Notes under the pieces: model-generated
Told to the model about the DNA's origin: nothing
The model's database searches: none
Seen by the model: the letters and a program-made list of their open reading frames with translations, nothing else
Part shown: one piece after another, positions 26,358 through 36,718 of the stretch
How the letters are laid out: each line of letters starts with the position of its first letter
How positions within the stretch are numbered: the stretch's first letter is position 1
Program-made: the position numbers and the translations under genes
Origin: an uncultured Haliangium sp.
Lineage (GTDB): Bacteria > Pseudomonadota > Gammaproteobacteria > GCA-001735895
NCBI GenBank assembly: GCA_964195735.1
Contig: CAXMQY010000061.1
Coordinates: 1,131 to 65,130 of the forward strand
Direction: 5' to 3'
DNA: 64,000 nt

Positions 26358-26850
26358 CCAAATGCAGTAACGGAGGGAAGAGTTCGAATTCGCGCAGGCT
26401 TTCGGAGAGGATGGCGGTGAAACTGTTCTTGGTGCCACTGTCGGCGAACACCTTCTGAATATCCATCACATCGAAATATCGATGCTCTTCATAACTCGGG
26501 TTCCACAGGATCAACGGGCATTCCTGCTTGGTATAAATCGACGTACCCATGCCCTTGTGGATCGAACGCACCTCGATTTCATCGGTGTCTTCGTTCTCGT
26601 TCAGGTACAGGCAGGACTTGACTTTGACCTGTAAGATTTTCTCGAGCGCGGACAGTGGGTGTATTTCGCCAATCACGTGAACCATGCGCGTCACGTCGGC
26701 TTCGGGATCGACCAGGTTGAACGGCCCCTGCACGTTATCACGCACGAAGGTATAACCGCTTTCCTGGTAAATAATCTTGCCGACGGTCAACACGTTCTCG
26801 ACGATGTTTGCGGCGTAATACTTTGAAATATCTTGGAAAATATCTTCCAT
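26350..26850 (-). CDS. hypothetical protein (orphan, no recognisable domain)
   Basis: 166-aa ORF (MEDIFQDISKYYAANIVENV...). It is visibly AT-richer than the flanking genes and sits between the mttB paralogue and glyA. Confidence 0.45.
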   Translation of the reverse strand: MEDIFQDISKYYAANIVENVLTVGKIIYQESGYTFVRDNVQGPFNLVDPEADVTRMVHVIGEIHPLSALEKILQVKVKSCLYLNENEDTDEIEVRSIHKGMGTSIYTKQECPLILWNPSYEEHRYFDVMDIQKVFADSGTKNSFTAILSESLREFELFPPLLHLEK

Positions 26851-27093
26851 TCAGGTCCCGGTTCCCTCCTTATCGCTGGCGCGCGTAATTACAGCATAAA
26901 GAATACTCCGGAGTATAGACGCGCTTTTGCCATATTAACTGACTGAATCGTCAGGCTGTACGCCATCCAGCAGCAGCGGGTTATTGAGCAGGATACGCGC
27001 AACTGTTAAATTGCGGCCTGCGGTACGGGGATGCACCAAAGTAGTGAACCGTAACCACAGATCGCACACCGCTCACTGGCGAGGACAACCAAC

Positions 27094-28350
27094 ATGCCTG
27101 ATTTTTTCACAGCCGGGATTGACCGGGCCGATCCGCTGATCGACAGCGCATTGGCAAACGAGTTACGACGCCAGCAAACCCACATCGAGTTGATTGCGTC
27201 GGAAAATATCGTCAGTCGCGCGGTGCTCGACGCGCTCGGCCACCCGATCACCAACAAGACGCTGGAGGGTTATCCCGGGCATCGCTTCCACGGCGGCGGT
27301 GAGTACGTCGATATAGTCGAGCAGGCGGCAATCGACCGCGCTCGAGAATTGTTCGGTTGCGAGTACGTCAACGCGCAACCGCATTCGGGAACCCAGGCCA
27401 ACCAGGCGGTATTCTTCGCCACGGTCAAACCGGGCGACCGCTTGTTGAGCCTGAACCTGGCCGCCGGCGGTCATCTCAGTCACGGCGCCAGCCCCAACCA
27501 GTCAGGGCGATGGTTCGAAGCGCATCATTACGGCGTTGATCGCGATTCCGGTTTGATCGATTACGATGAGGTGGCGCGACTGGCGCGCGAGATACGCCCG
27601 GCGCTGTTGATCGCTGGCGGTTCGGCTTACCCGCGCCACATCGACTTTGAACGCATGCGCCATATTGCCGATTCGGCCGAGGCTTTGCTGCTGGTCGACA
27701 TGGCGCATTTCGCCGGGCTGGTCGCCGCGGGCGAGCACCCTTCACCTATTCCTCACGCCGATATCGTCACCTGCACCACCACCAAGACCCTGCGCGGACC
27801 CCGCGGCGGCTTGATCCTGGCGCGCGATTCCACCTGGGCGCAGCGACTGCAGTCGGCCATCTTCCCCGGCGTGCAGGGCAGCCTGCACAGCCAGATAATC
27901 GCGGCCAAGGCGGTATGCCTGGGCGAGGCGCTAAGCGATGAATTCAGGCGCTACGGCCGCGCGGTCGTGGACAATGCGCAGGCACTGGCGGCGGCGCTCA
28001 CGGCAGCTGGAGTCCGCCTGGTCAGCGGCGGCACCGATACGCACATGCTGCTGCTCGACCTTTCCTCACAGGGCTTGCGCGGCCAGCAGCTGCAGGATCG
28101 TTTGGCAGAAGTGAACCTGACCTCCAACAAGAATCCGATTCCCTTCGATTCGGCAAAACCCGTTGAGTGGGCGGGATTGCGTCTCGGTGTCGGCGCCGCC
28201 ACCACGCGCGGATTGCAACGCGACGATTTCACCCTGCTCGGTGAAATAATCGCGCGCGCTGTCAGTGGTTGCGGTGACGCGAGCCATGCCGGTGTAGAAG
28301 ATGATCGTCGCCGCGTACTCTCGCTTTGCGAGCGCTATCCGATCTATTAA
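27094..28350 (+). CDS. glyA: serine hydroxymethyltransferase
   Basis: 418 aa. Motifs are IELIASENIVSRAVLDALG, NAQPHSGTQANQAV, and the PLP-lysine motif VTCTTTKTLRGPRGG. Confidence 0.95.
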   Translation: MPDFFTAGIDRADPLIDSALANELRRQQTHIELIASENIVSRAVLDALGHPITNKTLEGYPGHRFHGGGEYVDIVEQAAIDRARELFGCEYVNAQPHSGTQANQAVFFATVKPGDRLLSLNLAAGGHLSHGASPNQSGRWFEAHHYGVDRDSGLIDYDEVARLAREIRPALLIAGGSAYPRHIDFERMRHIADSAEALLLVDMAHFAGLVAAGEHPSPIPHADIVTCTTTKTLRGPRGGLILARDSTWAQRLQSAIFPGVQGSLHSQIIAAKAVCLGEALSDEFRRYGRAVVDNAQALAAALTAAGVRLVSGGTDTHMLLLDLSSQGLRGQQLQDRLAEVNLTSNKNPIPFDSAKPVEWAGLRLGVGAATTRGLQRDDFTLLGEIIARAVSGCGDASHAGVEDDRRRVLSLCERYPIY

Positions 28351-28901
28351 AGCCAGCTGCCGTTACGCGAAAACTGCGTTTTCAGAAACTCCATCTGGTC
28401 GGCGAGGATGTTCTTGTTGGCGAGGTAGAAAAACTCGTAGCGATTGGGCACGAACGGGATCGCAATCAACTCCATCCCGGCTTCTTCCGGAGTGTGGTTG
28501 GCCTTGCGATGATTGCAGCGTTTGCAGGCAGTGACCACGTTGGTCCAGCTATCGGTACCTCTGCGCGACACCGGCAGGATGTGATCGCGCGATAGCTGAT
28601 CCGCACCGAACTCGCCGCCGCAGTACAGGCAAAGGAACTGGTCGCGGCGAAACAGGTAAGCATTGACCAGCGGCGGTACGAAACCGCTCAGCTTGACGCT
28701 GCCGTCACTGGCGAGGATGCTCGGTAGCGACAGCACCGACTGGCGCCCGAGCCGGTTGATACCGCCACGGATTTCAAAGGCGTCTTCGCCGAGTGCCCAG
28801 ACCACCTGGCCCTTGACTACGAGCGTCGCCGCCTGTTCACGCGAAATCCAGTCGATCGGCGTGCCGGCCTTGTTTAATCTGAGAATCTTTGCATTTCTCA
28901 T
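28347..28901 (-). CDS. HNH endonuclease family protein
   Basis: The likely start is ATG 28901 (MRNAKILRLNKAG...). The HNH/zinc motif is CLYCGGEF...LSRDHILPVSRGG-like (DHILPVSRRGTDSWTNVVTACKRCNHRK). Its 3' end overlaps the glyA 3' end by 4 nt. Confidence 0.8.
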   Translation of the reverse strand: MRNAKILRLNKAGTPIDWISREQAATLVVKGQVVWALGEDAFEIRGGINRLGRQSVLSLPSILASDGSVKLSGFVPPLVNAYLFRRDQFLCLYCGGEFGADQLSRDHILPVSRRGTDSWTNVVTACKRCNHRKANHTPEEAGMELIAIPFVPNRYEFFYLANKNILADQMEFLKTQFSRNGSWL

Positions 28902-29231
28902 GATCGCATTATGCCTTACAAATCGTGCAGGTAAACATCTTAGTAGTATAGCGATTCTGCGCTGGATGTTAGTCCAGCCCGCGGAATTGACTGGCGGGGA
29001 CGCCAGTGCTAACTTGCCAGGCACATCGCATCCCGGATTTAACCATGCACTCCTTGCTTCTTCGCGGCAGACGACACGAGAAATCTGATCTCGTCGTGTG
29101 ACTAGCCGATACCGATATCCGCCGCCATGGCGGACGCCAGACTTGCGCTGCAACAAGGTTTTTAAGCAGCATAGCCGAAGAATAAAGTGAACCGCAGCCG
29201 CCGCCAGTAACTATCGCGCCGGTTGCCAGGG

Positions 29232-32200
29232 ATGCAAATGAAACAACCAGACCCGGCCCGTATCGCCGTCGATATCGGCGGCACCTTTACCGATATCGCA
29301 CTCGACCACGAAGGCTCGCTTTACACCGCGAAAACCCTTACCACCCAGGACGATCCGGTACGCGGTGTCATCGATGTCATCCGCATCGCCATCGCCAACG
29401 CCGGCTGTGCGCCGCAATCGATCGGCACCGTAATCCATGGCACCACGCTCGCGACCAATGCGCTGATCGAACGCAAGGGCGCCCGCGTCGGCCTGATTAC
29501 GACAGCGGGATTTCGCGACATCATCGAAATCGCCTACGAACGCCGTTACGACCAGTACGACATTTTCATCGACAAGCCGGACCTGCTGGTCACGCGCGAG
29601 GATTGCTGGACCGTGCCGGAGCGGATCGACGCCGGCGGCCAGGTGTTACAGCACCTCGACAGCACCGGCCTGGATAAAATGCTGAAGTCGATGGACAGGC
29701 GAGGCATTGAAAGTATCGCCATCTGCCTGTTGCACAGTTACCTCAATCCCGCTCATGAACTGGCGCTGCGCGATCTGATTCAGCAACGTCGCCCCGGGCT
29801 TTCGATCACGCTGTCTTGTGAGGTATGTCCGGAAATCCGCGAGTTCGATCGCGCCTGCACCGCGCTCGCCAACGCCTACATCAGGCCGCTGATGGCGCGC
29901 TACCTGAACGACCTCTCCACTGCCCTGATCGACGAGGGCCTGAACGTGCCGCTATTTATCGTCACTTCCGGCGGCGGCATGACCACGCTCGAAACCGCGA
30001 CGCGTTTCCCGATCCGGCTGGTCGAATCCGGCCCCAGCGGCGGCGCGGTACTCGCCGCCAGAATTGCGCGCGAATGCAATATCGACGGCGCGCTGTCCTT
30101 CGACATGGGCGGCACCACGGCGAAACTGTGCCTGATCGACCAGGGCAAGCCGCAGCGCTCGCGCCAGTTTGAAATCGGGCGCGCCGCACGTTTCGTCAAG
30201 GGCAGCGGCCTGCCGGTACGGATCCCGGTAGTGGAAATGATCGAAATCGGTGCCGGCGGTGGTTCAATCTCGAGCGTCGACTCGTTGCAGCGTTTGCAGG
30301 TGGGCCCCGAGAGCGCGGGTTCCGATCCAGGCCCGGCCTGCTATGGACACGGCGGTGAGCGCCCGACCGTCACCGACGCTGACGTCGCTCTCGGTTTCAT
30401 CGACCCGAAAGCTTTTGCCGAAGGTCGCGTCAGGCTGTATCCGCAGGCGGCGCGCAAGGCCATCCGCACCCAAATAGGCATTCCGCTGGACTTAAGCGCC
30501 AACCAGGCTGCCTACGGTATCTCGCAAATGGTCGACGAGAACATGTCCAATGCCGCGCGCGTGCATGCGGTCGAACACGGCAAGGAAATCTCGTCACGCA
30601 GCATGATCGCCTTCGGCGGCAACGGCCCGTTGCACGCGACACGGGTCGCGCAAAAGATAGGCGTCAACCGTATCATTATCCCGCGCAATCCCGGGGTGGG
30701 GTCAGCGGTCGGCTTTTTGAGTGCCCCGATCTCCTATGAAATCATTCGTAGCCTGTACATGCGCGGCGACAGCTTCGACGTCGCCGCGGTCAGGCGGCTA
30801 TTCACGGAAATGGAGCGGGAGGGACGCAGCGTGGTGCAGGCGGGTGCGGCGGCGCGCGTGAAATTGCGCGAACAAAGACTGGCCTTTATGCGCTACCAGG
30901 GGCAGGGGCACGAAATCGAGATCCCGTTGCCAGCGGGGAAACTGGGCGCGAGTCTTGGCAAGGAACTGCGCCGGCGCTTCGATCGGCTTTATCGCGAACA
31001 GTACGGACGCACCGTACCCAACGTCGATGTCGAAATCATCAACTGGGCATTCATCACGGCCACGCCGGTCAAGGCCATCACCGAGGTCGCGGCCCAGCGG
31101 CGACGACGACCGGCCACGGCCAGCGGCACGCGCAAGATTTATTGGGGACAGTCTCGCAAATCGCTCAGCGCGCCCTGTTATCAACGTGAGTCACTTGAAG
31201 CGGGCGATTTCATCGCCGGCCCTGCGCTGATCATCGAAAGCCAGACTACCACGCTGGTCGGGCCCGGTTTCGACGCGGTGCTCGATCGCGCCGGCAATAT
31301 TGTATTAACCGCGAACAGCAGCAAACAGGCGAAAAATCATGGCACACAAACCTCAGCGGTCGAACTGCAAGTCATGTGGAACCGCCTGACGGCAGTCGTC
31401 GACGAGCAGGCGCAGGCATTGATGCACACCGCGTTCAGTCCCATCGTACGTGAGAGCGGTGATATCTCCGCCGGTGTGTTCGATGTCAACGGCGACATGC
31501 TGGCGCAGGCGGTTACCGGTACGCCGGGTCACATCAACACCATGGCCGAATCGGTCAAGCATTTCCTCAAGGTGATTCCAAAAAAGGAGATGGCGCCGGG
31601 CGACACCTTCATGACCAACGATCCCTGGCTGGGCTCAGGCCACCTCAACGATTTCGTGCTGGTGCAACCCTGTTTTCATCGGCGCAAGCTGGTGGGGCTG
31701 GTATCCTGCACCTCGCACCTGATCGACCTCGGCGGGCTCGGCATGGGTCCGGACGGTTCGGACGTATACGACGAGGGGCTCATCATCCCACCGATACGCC
31801 TGGTCGCTGGTGGCAACATCAACGAAACCCTGATGACCCTGGTCAAATCCAATTCGCGCACACCGTTTCAGAACGAGGGCGATATTTACGCGCTGATCGC
31901 CTGCTGCGACGTCGCGCATACGCGTCTCGACCAGATGATGGGCGAGTTCGGCATTGCCAGCCTGGCCTCGGTCGGACGCTATATTCACGATCTGTCGCGC
32001 AAGGCCAGTGTCGCCACGATCGATGCCGCGCCGCAGGGCAGCTGGCAGTATCGCATGATGATCGATGGCTACGATTTCGAGATCGAACTGGTCGCCAGGC
32101 TCACCATCGGCGGGGGCGAGATACAGGTCGATTTCGACGGCTCCTCCGGCTGTTCACGTTTCGGTATCAATGTGCCGCTGAACTACGCCACCGCCTACAG

Positions 32201-33053
32201 CGTGTTCGGGCTGCGCTGCATATTCGCGCCCGAGGTGCCCAATAACGCCGGATCACTGGCGCCCTTCCGGGTAAGCGCACCGCCCGGTTGCATCGTCAAT
32301 GCGACGCGGCCGGTGCCGGTCGCGCAACGCCACATTATCGGCCAGTTGTTGCCCGACGTGGTATTCGGCTGTCTGCGTCAGGCCATGCCCGATAAAATTC
32401 CGGCCGAGGGCGCATCCTGCATGTACGACTTGCCGATGCGGGGCGGTTTCGATGCCGGCTCGAACGAGCAGGCGACACGCTTTGCGGTCGAGCTCACGCA
32501 CAATGGCGGTACCGGCGCGCGTCCCGGCAAAGACGGCCTGTCGGCGACCGCTTTTCCCAGCGGCGTGTACGGCTCGCAGGTTGAAGTTACCGAGAGCACG
32601 GCACCTCTGTTAGTACACCGGCGCGAACTGCGCCCCGACTCCGGGGGCGCCGGGCGTTTTCGCGGCGGCCTCGGCCAGATCATCGAAATCGAAAGCCACG
32701 AAGGCCAGCCGTTCGACTTCTTCGGCACCGTCGATCGGGTCAAGTACCCGGCGCGCGGCTGTTTCGGCGGCGCCGATGGCGCACCCGGCCGGCTGGCGCT
32801 ACGCTCCGGCAAGCGCCTGCAGGGCAAGGGCAAGCAACGCATAGCAGCCGGCGAGTCATTGGTATTCCAGACACCAGGCGGCGGCGGCTACGGCGATCCG
32901 CGACAGCGCGAACCCGAACGGGTTGCGGGCGACTACGCTGCCGGCCTGGTCAGCAGGGCCGCGCTCAAACGCGACTATGGCGTGATACTGAAATCCGACG
33001 GCAAGGTCGATGAGCCGGCGACCCGGAAGCTACGCCGCGAGTCTTCCACCTGA
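29232..33053 (+). CDS. fused hydantoinase/oxoprolinase (HyuA + HyuB domains; 5-oxoprolinase / N-methylhydantoinase family)
   Basis: About 1270 aa, with the start at ATG 29232 or 29238. The N-terminal A-type domain begins RIAVDIGGTFTDIAL. The C-terminal B-type domain carries GGGGYGDP. Confidence 0.85.
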   Translation: MQMKQPDPARIAVDIGGTFTDIALDHEGSLYTAKTLTTQDDPVRGVIDVIRIAIANAGCAPQSIGTVIHGTTLATNALIERKGARVGLITTAGFRDIIEIAYERRYDQYDIFIDKPDLLVTREDCWTVPERIDAGGQVLQHLDSTGLDKMLKSMDRRGIESIAICLLHSYLNPAHELALRDLIQQRRPGLSITLSCEVCPEIREFDRACTALANAYIRPLMARYLNDLSTALIDEGLNVPLFIVTSGGGMTTLETATRFPIRLVESGPSGGAVLAARIARECNIDGALSFDMGGTTAKLCLIDQGKPQRSRQFEIGRAARFVKGSGLPVRIPVVEMIEIGAGGGSISSVDSLQRLQVGPESAGSDPGPACYGHGGERPTVTDADVALGFIDPKAFAEGRVRLYPQAARKAIRTQIGIPLDLSANQAAYGISQMVDENMSNAARVHAVEHGKEISSRSMIAFGGNGPLHATRVAQKIGVNRIIIPRNPGVGSAVGFLSAPISYEIIRSLYMRGDSFDVAAVRRLFTEMEREGRSVVQAGAAARVKLREQRLAFMRYQGQGHEIEIPLPAGKLGASLGKELRRRFDRLYREQYGRTVPNVDVEIINWAFITATPVKAITEVAAQRRRRPATASGTRKIYWGQSRKSLSAPCYQRESLEAGDFIAGPALIIESQTTTLVGPGFDAVLDRAGNIVLTANSSKQAKNHGTQTSAVELQVMWNRLTAVVDEQAQALMHTAFSPIVRESGDISAGVFDVNGDMLAQAVTGTPGHINTMAESVKHFLKVIPKKEMAPGDTFMTNDPWLGSGHLNDFVLVQPCFHRRKLVGLVSCTSHLIDLGGLGMGPDGSDVYDEGLIIPPIRLVAGGNINETLMTLVKSNSRTPFQNEGDIYALIACCDVAHTRLDQMMGEFGIASLASVGRYIHDLSRKASVATIDAAPQGSWQYRMMIDGYDFEIELVARLTIGGGEIQVDFDGSSGCSRFGINVPLNYATAYSVFGLRCIFAPEVPNNAGSLAPFRVSAPPGCIVNATRPVPVAQRHIIGQLLPDVVFGCLRQAMPDKIPAEGASCMYDLPMRGGFDAGSNEQATRFAVELTHNGGTGARPGKDGLSATAFPSGVYGSQVEVTESTAPLLVHRRELRPDSGGAGRFRGGLGQIIEIESHEGQPFDFFGTVDRVKYPARGCFGGADGAPGRLALRSGKRLQGKGKQRIAAGESLVFQTPGGGGYGDPRQREPERVAGDYAAGLVSRAALKRDYGVILKSDGKVDEPATRKLRRESST

Positions 33054-33140
33054 GTCCGAGGCTAATCCGCGCGTATCGCTCGGCGAAGTGAGTGGGTGTC
33101 CACGAGTGGCCCGCCCGAGTAGCGCGAATTCGTCTGGTTC

Positions 33141-33201
33141 GGCTGGCCTTCATGCAAAGTGCAGGCCAGCCTCTCCTGTGCTTGTGGCAGGCTGTTTTTT
33201 T
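33141..33201 (+). terminator. possible terminator region after the hydantoinase gene
   Basis: A GGCTGGCCT ... AGGCCAGCC hairpin is followed by CAGCCT ... AGGCTG and a run of seven or eight T (33194..33201). Confidence 0.35.
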
Positions 33202-33255
33202 CGGCCGCGTGAACAGCGACAGGGCCGGCAACGACGATGTAATATAGCGCGATCC

Positions 33256-33705
33256 ATGAAAACCCATACGCTAGCATTCTACGACGCATTTTCGTCGACG
33301 GCGTTTGGCGGTAGCCAGGCGGTCGTTATTCTCGATGCGGCAACGATCGATCGCGAGCAGCGCCTTCGCATCGCGGCCGAGCTCGGCATGCCGGCGACGG
33401 CCTTCGTCGACAAATTCGGCGCGGACTGGATCCAGGTGCAGTTCATGTCCACGGTGATGGAACTCCCCATGTGCGGTCATGGCACGCTGTGCCTGCTGAC
33501 GCATCTGCTCGAATCGGGCCTGATCGAGCCGGGACATGACGTCGAACTGCGCCTGTCGCGCGCTAAAGCCACCGTTTCAACGAGCCGGACAGATAGCGGC
33601 CGCTTCCTCGTCATGCTCGATATCGTGCCGCCCGGGTTCGAGGCCGCGCCGCCGCATAGGGGGAATTTGCTGACCTGTCTCGGTTTCGAGGCCGAGAATG
33701 ATCGC
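33256..33705 (+). pseudogene. PhzF-family isomerase gene, 3'-truncated remnant
   Basis: MKTHTLAFYDAFSSTAFGGSQAVVILD ... ELPMCGHGTLC ... PPGFEAAPP aligns with the first ~150 residues of E. coli YddE-type PhzF proteins. Family similarity is lost after about 33705, and the rest of the ORF looks like noise. Confidence 0.6.
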
Positions 33706-33813
33706 GTTGATCACGATCAGCAGCATGATCAGGTTTTGAATTTTCGGGCTTTCAATCCAGTTTTGAACTACAGCCTGCATTCCTGTCTGCGCACCTTCGT
33801 TAGATGTTTTCAT
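33680..33813 (-). pseudogene. ion-transport (voltage-gated-channel-type) protein gene, N-terminal remnant only
   Basis: The minus-strand translation is MKTSNEGAQTGMQAVVQNWIESPKIQNLIMLLIVINAIILGLETE. This is the typical N-terminus and first TM helix of ion transporter family proteins. It abuts the truncated PhzF remnant. Confidence 0.45.
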
Positions 33814-33876
33814 CGCCGCAGCCCGGAAAAATGCCTGGCGACATAATGTTGTGACCGCTGCGCGAAAATCAATGCC

Positions 33877-35484
33877 TCATCCGCCGGCGATCAGGTCGGC
33901 GGCGCGCTCGCCAATCATCATGCAGGGCGCATTGATATTGCCATTGGTGATGGATGGCATCACCGCGGCATCGGCCACGCGCAGGCGCTCGATGCCGTGC
34001 ACACGCAGTTGCGGATCGACCACCGCCATCTCGTCGACCCCGATCTTGCAGGTTCCGCAGGGATGATAAGCGCTGTTGGCATTGGCGCGCACATAAGCGT
34101 CGATATCGGCGGCGCTGTTGACGTCGGGACCGGGCGACACTTCCGGCCCCCGACAGAAATCGAAGGCCTTCTGCGCGGCAATGTCGCGGGTGATCTCGAT
34201 ACAGCGGCGGAACTCGATGCGATCGCGCTCATCGGCCAGGCCGTTAAGCAGGATGCGCGGCGCGAGCAGCGGATCGGCGCCAGCAAGCCTCACCCAGCCG
34301 CGGCTCCGCGGCAGCACCGGGCCGACGTCGAAGCAATATCCGTCCTTGTCCGGCGGCGGCGACCAGCCCTCCAGAAAATAGGGCCAGAAATGGTATTGCA
34401 GATTCGGGTAATCGACTTCGTCGCCGGTGCGCAGGAAGCCGCCGACGCGGCTGTGCGCGGTCGCCGCTGGCCCATTGCGCAACAGGAACCATTGCATGCC
34501 GGCGAGCAGCATACGATGTCGACTCAGCATACGATTCTTCGACAGCCCGCTGGCGCAGCGATGCTTGACATGGGCCTCGAGATGATCGTGCAGGTTCTGC
34601 CCGACACCAGGCAGATCCTGCTGCGTGCTGATGCCATGCCGGCTCAACTCGTCGGCCGGGCCGATTCCGGAAAGCATCAGGATTTGCGGCGACTGGAACG
34701 CACCGGCACTGACGATGACTTCGGCGCTTGCCAGCGCGGTTGCGACCCTGCCATCGCGAAGATACTCGACACCGATGGCACGATGATTTTCAACCAGGAT
34801 TCGTAGAACTCGCGCGTTGCTATACAGGCTGACGTTTTCGCGCTGCGTTGCCGGCAAAATACAGGCGGCGGCGGTTCCCGAGCGACATCCGTGATCGATA
34901 TTGACGTCAAACGACGTCACGCTCTCCTGCTCGGCCCCGTTATAGTCAAGGCTGCGGGGATAGCCCGCCTGCTCGGCAGCATCGAGAAATGCATTCTCGA
35001 TCGGGTGATGATCGCGCAGTCGTTCGACGACGATCGGGCCGTCGCCACCACGATAATCGTCGGCGCCGGAACGGCAGGTTTCCATGCGCTTGAAATAAGG
35101 CAGCACATCGCGGTAGGCCCAGCCTTCGGCCCCGTTTGCCGCCCAACCATCGAAGTCACGCGCATGACCGCGCACGTAGACCATGCCATTGATCGAAGAC
35201 GAGCCGCCAATCACCTTGCCGCGCGGTTGCAACAGGCGGCGATTATTCATGTGCGGCTCCGCCTCGGTTTCGAAGCACCAGTTGCGCGGGCCACTGATGT
35301 AGTTATTGCGCGTTCCCCCTGGCATGCGTATCGACCAGTGGTGATCACCGCTGCCGGCTTCGAGAATCAGTATGCGCAGATCAGGATTCTGCGACAGGCG
35401 CAGTGCGAGCATTCCCCCGGCAGATCCCGCGCCGACAATAATGTAATCGAAACCCTGTGCTTGCTTGTGCTTCATCGCCGCCAA
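33877..35484 (-). CDS. GMC-family FAD oxidoreductase (choline dehydrogenase-like)
   Basis: 535 aa with the N-terminal FDYIIVGAGSAGGMLALRLSQNPDLRILILEAG motif and C-terminal GMC signature regions (HPCGTCKIG). Confidence 0.85.
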   Translation of the reverse strand: MAAMKHKQAQGFDYIIVGAGSAGGMLALRLSQNPDLRILILEAGSGDHHWSIRMPGGTRNNYISGPRNWCFETEAEPHMNNRRLLQPRGKVIGGSSSINGMVYVRGHARDFDGWAANGAEGWAYRDVLPYFKRMETCRSGADDYRGGDGPIVVERLRDHHPIENAFLDAAEQAGYPRSLDYNGAEQESVTSFDVNIDHGCRSGTAAACILPATQRENVSLYSNARVLRILVENHRAIGVEYLRDGRVATALASAEVIVSAGAFQSPQILMLSGIGPADELSRHGISTQQDLPGVGQNLHDHLEAHVKHRCASGLSKNRMLSRHRMLLAGMQWFLLRNGPAATAHSRVGGFLRTGDEVDYPNLQYHFWPYFLEGWSPPPDKDGYCFDVGPVLPRSRGWVRLAGADPLLAPRILLNGLADERDRIEFRRCIEITRDIAAQKAFDFCRGPEVSPGPDVNSAADIDAYVRANANSAYHPCGTCKIGVDEMAVVDPQLRVHGIERLRVADAAVMPSITNGNINAPCMMIGERAADLIAGG

Positions 35485-35626
35485 GATAACAGAAAATTAT
35501 TGCACCTGCGTACGGAAACCGCGAACAGGAAAGACACGGCTGGGAACTCATCCCGGGCGGATTGTGATCCGGTGGCGATAACGTACACTATTGGCTTGTT
35601 TTCAAGCCTGAGCCTCAGTCAAATCG

Positions 35627-36676
35627 ATGCTGCCACTCACCACGCCACCTCGCAATATCTGCATTCTGCGCCTCTCTGCGCTCGGCGACGTCACGCACGC
35701 GCTACCGGTGGCGCGCGCAATTCAGCAACACTGGCCGCAAACCCGAATTACCTGGATTTGCGCAACGCTGGAACACAAACTGCTGTCGGCCATCGATGGG
35801 ATTGACTTCATCGTGGTCGACAAGAAGGACGGCTGGCGTGGATATTTCAAGCTGCGCCGGCAACTGGCGGATCAACGTTTCGATGTCATGCTGCAAATGC
35901 AAACCTCGGCGCGCGCCAATTTTACCGGCGCGGTCATCAAGGCCGACATCAAGCTGGGCTGGGATAAATTGCGCGCGCGCGATTTCCATCGCCTGTTCAT
36001 GACGCATTCGATTCCCGAGACCCGATTCGAGCACCAGCTGCAGGGGCACCTTTCCTTCGCCCGCACCCTCGGGTTGCCGGTGACGGAGCCGCAGTGGAAT
36101 TTTCCGATCAGCGATGCCGCGGTCGAATTCGTGAACGACCACATTCCTGCGCAAGCCCGGGTGCTGCTGATTTCACCCTGCTCCAGCCACGTGCATCGCA
36201 ACTGGAGCGCCGAGCGCTACGCGGCCGTCGCCGATTACGCGATTACCGAACAGGGTATGACGGTGGTATTGTCCGGCGGCCCCTCGGCGTTGGAGCGCGA
36301 CGTGGGCGAGGCAATCGAGGCGGCGGCGAAACAACCCCTGCTCAACCTGATCGGCAAGGACACCCTGCCGCAGCTGGTAGCGCTGCTGGACCGGGCCGAC
36401 GTGGTGCTGTCGCCGGACTCGGGGCCGTCTCACCTTGCCAGCGCACTCGCCACCCCGGTCATCGGCCTGCACGCTTGCACCTGGTCGAAGCGCAGCGGAC
36501 CCTACAATTCGCTCGAATTGTGCGTCGACAAATTCCCCGAGGCGGCGCGTCATTTCCGCAAGGCCGAGCCAGAACAATTACGCTGGGGCACGCGCATCGA
36601 GCACCCCGGCGTGATGGACCTGATCGAGGTGGATGACGTAATCGAGAAACTCGAGCAGGCGTTGCGTGGACTTTAA
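35627..36676 (+). CDS. glycosyltransferase family 9 (LPS heptosyltransferase-like)
   Basis: 349 aa. The N-terminal motif NICILRLSALGDVTHALPVARAI is typical of GT9. Confidence 0.8.
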   Translation: MLPLTTPPRNICILRLSALGDVTHALPVARAIQQHWPQTRITWICATLEHKLLSAIDGIDFIVVDKKDGWRGYFKLRRQLADQRFDVMLQMQTSARANFTGAVIKADIKLGWDKLRARDFHRLFMTHSIPETRFEHQLQGHLSFARTLGLPVTEPQWNFPISDAAVEFVNDHIPAQARVLLISPCSSHVHRNWSAERYAAVADYAITEQGMTVVLSGGPSALERDVGEAIEAAAKQPLLNLIGKDTLPQLVALLDRADVVLSPDSGPSHLASALATPVIGLHACTWSKRSGPYNSLELCVDKFPEAARHFRKAEPEQLRWGTRIEHPGVMDLIEVDDVIEKLEQALRGL

Positions 36677-36718
36677 ACAAGTTTCACGGAGCCGCGCAGA
36701 AAATTGATCGGGTCCGGA

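Noticed and set aside
26851-27093. A possible ZTP, THF or glycine riboswitch in the glyA leader. The string CACTGGCGAGG resembles the ZTP CUGGCG core.
   Set aside because: The match lies only about 30 nt from the ATG. The other conserved ZTP elements (GGGUCGUGA, the CCGGG helix, the downstream CCGCCUGGGC pseudoknot) are not present.
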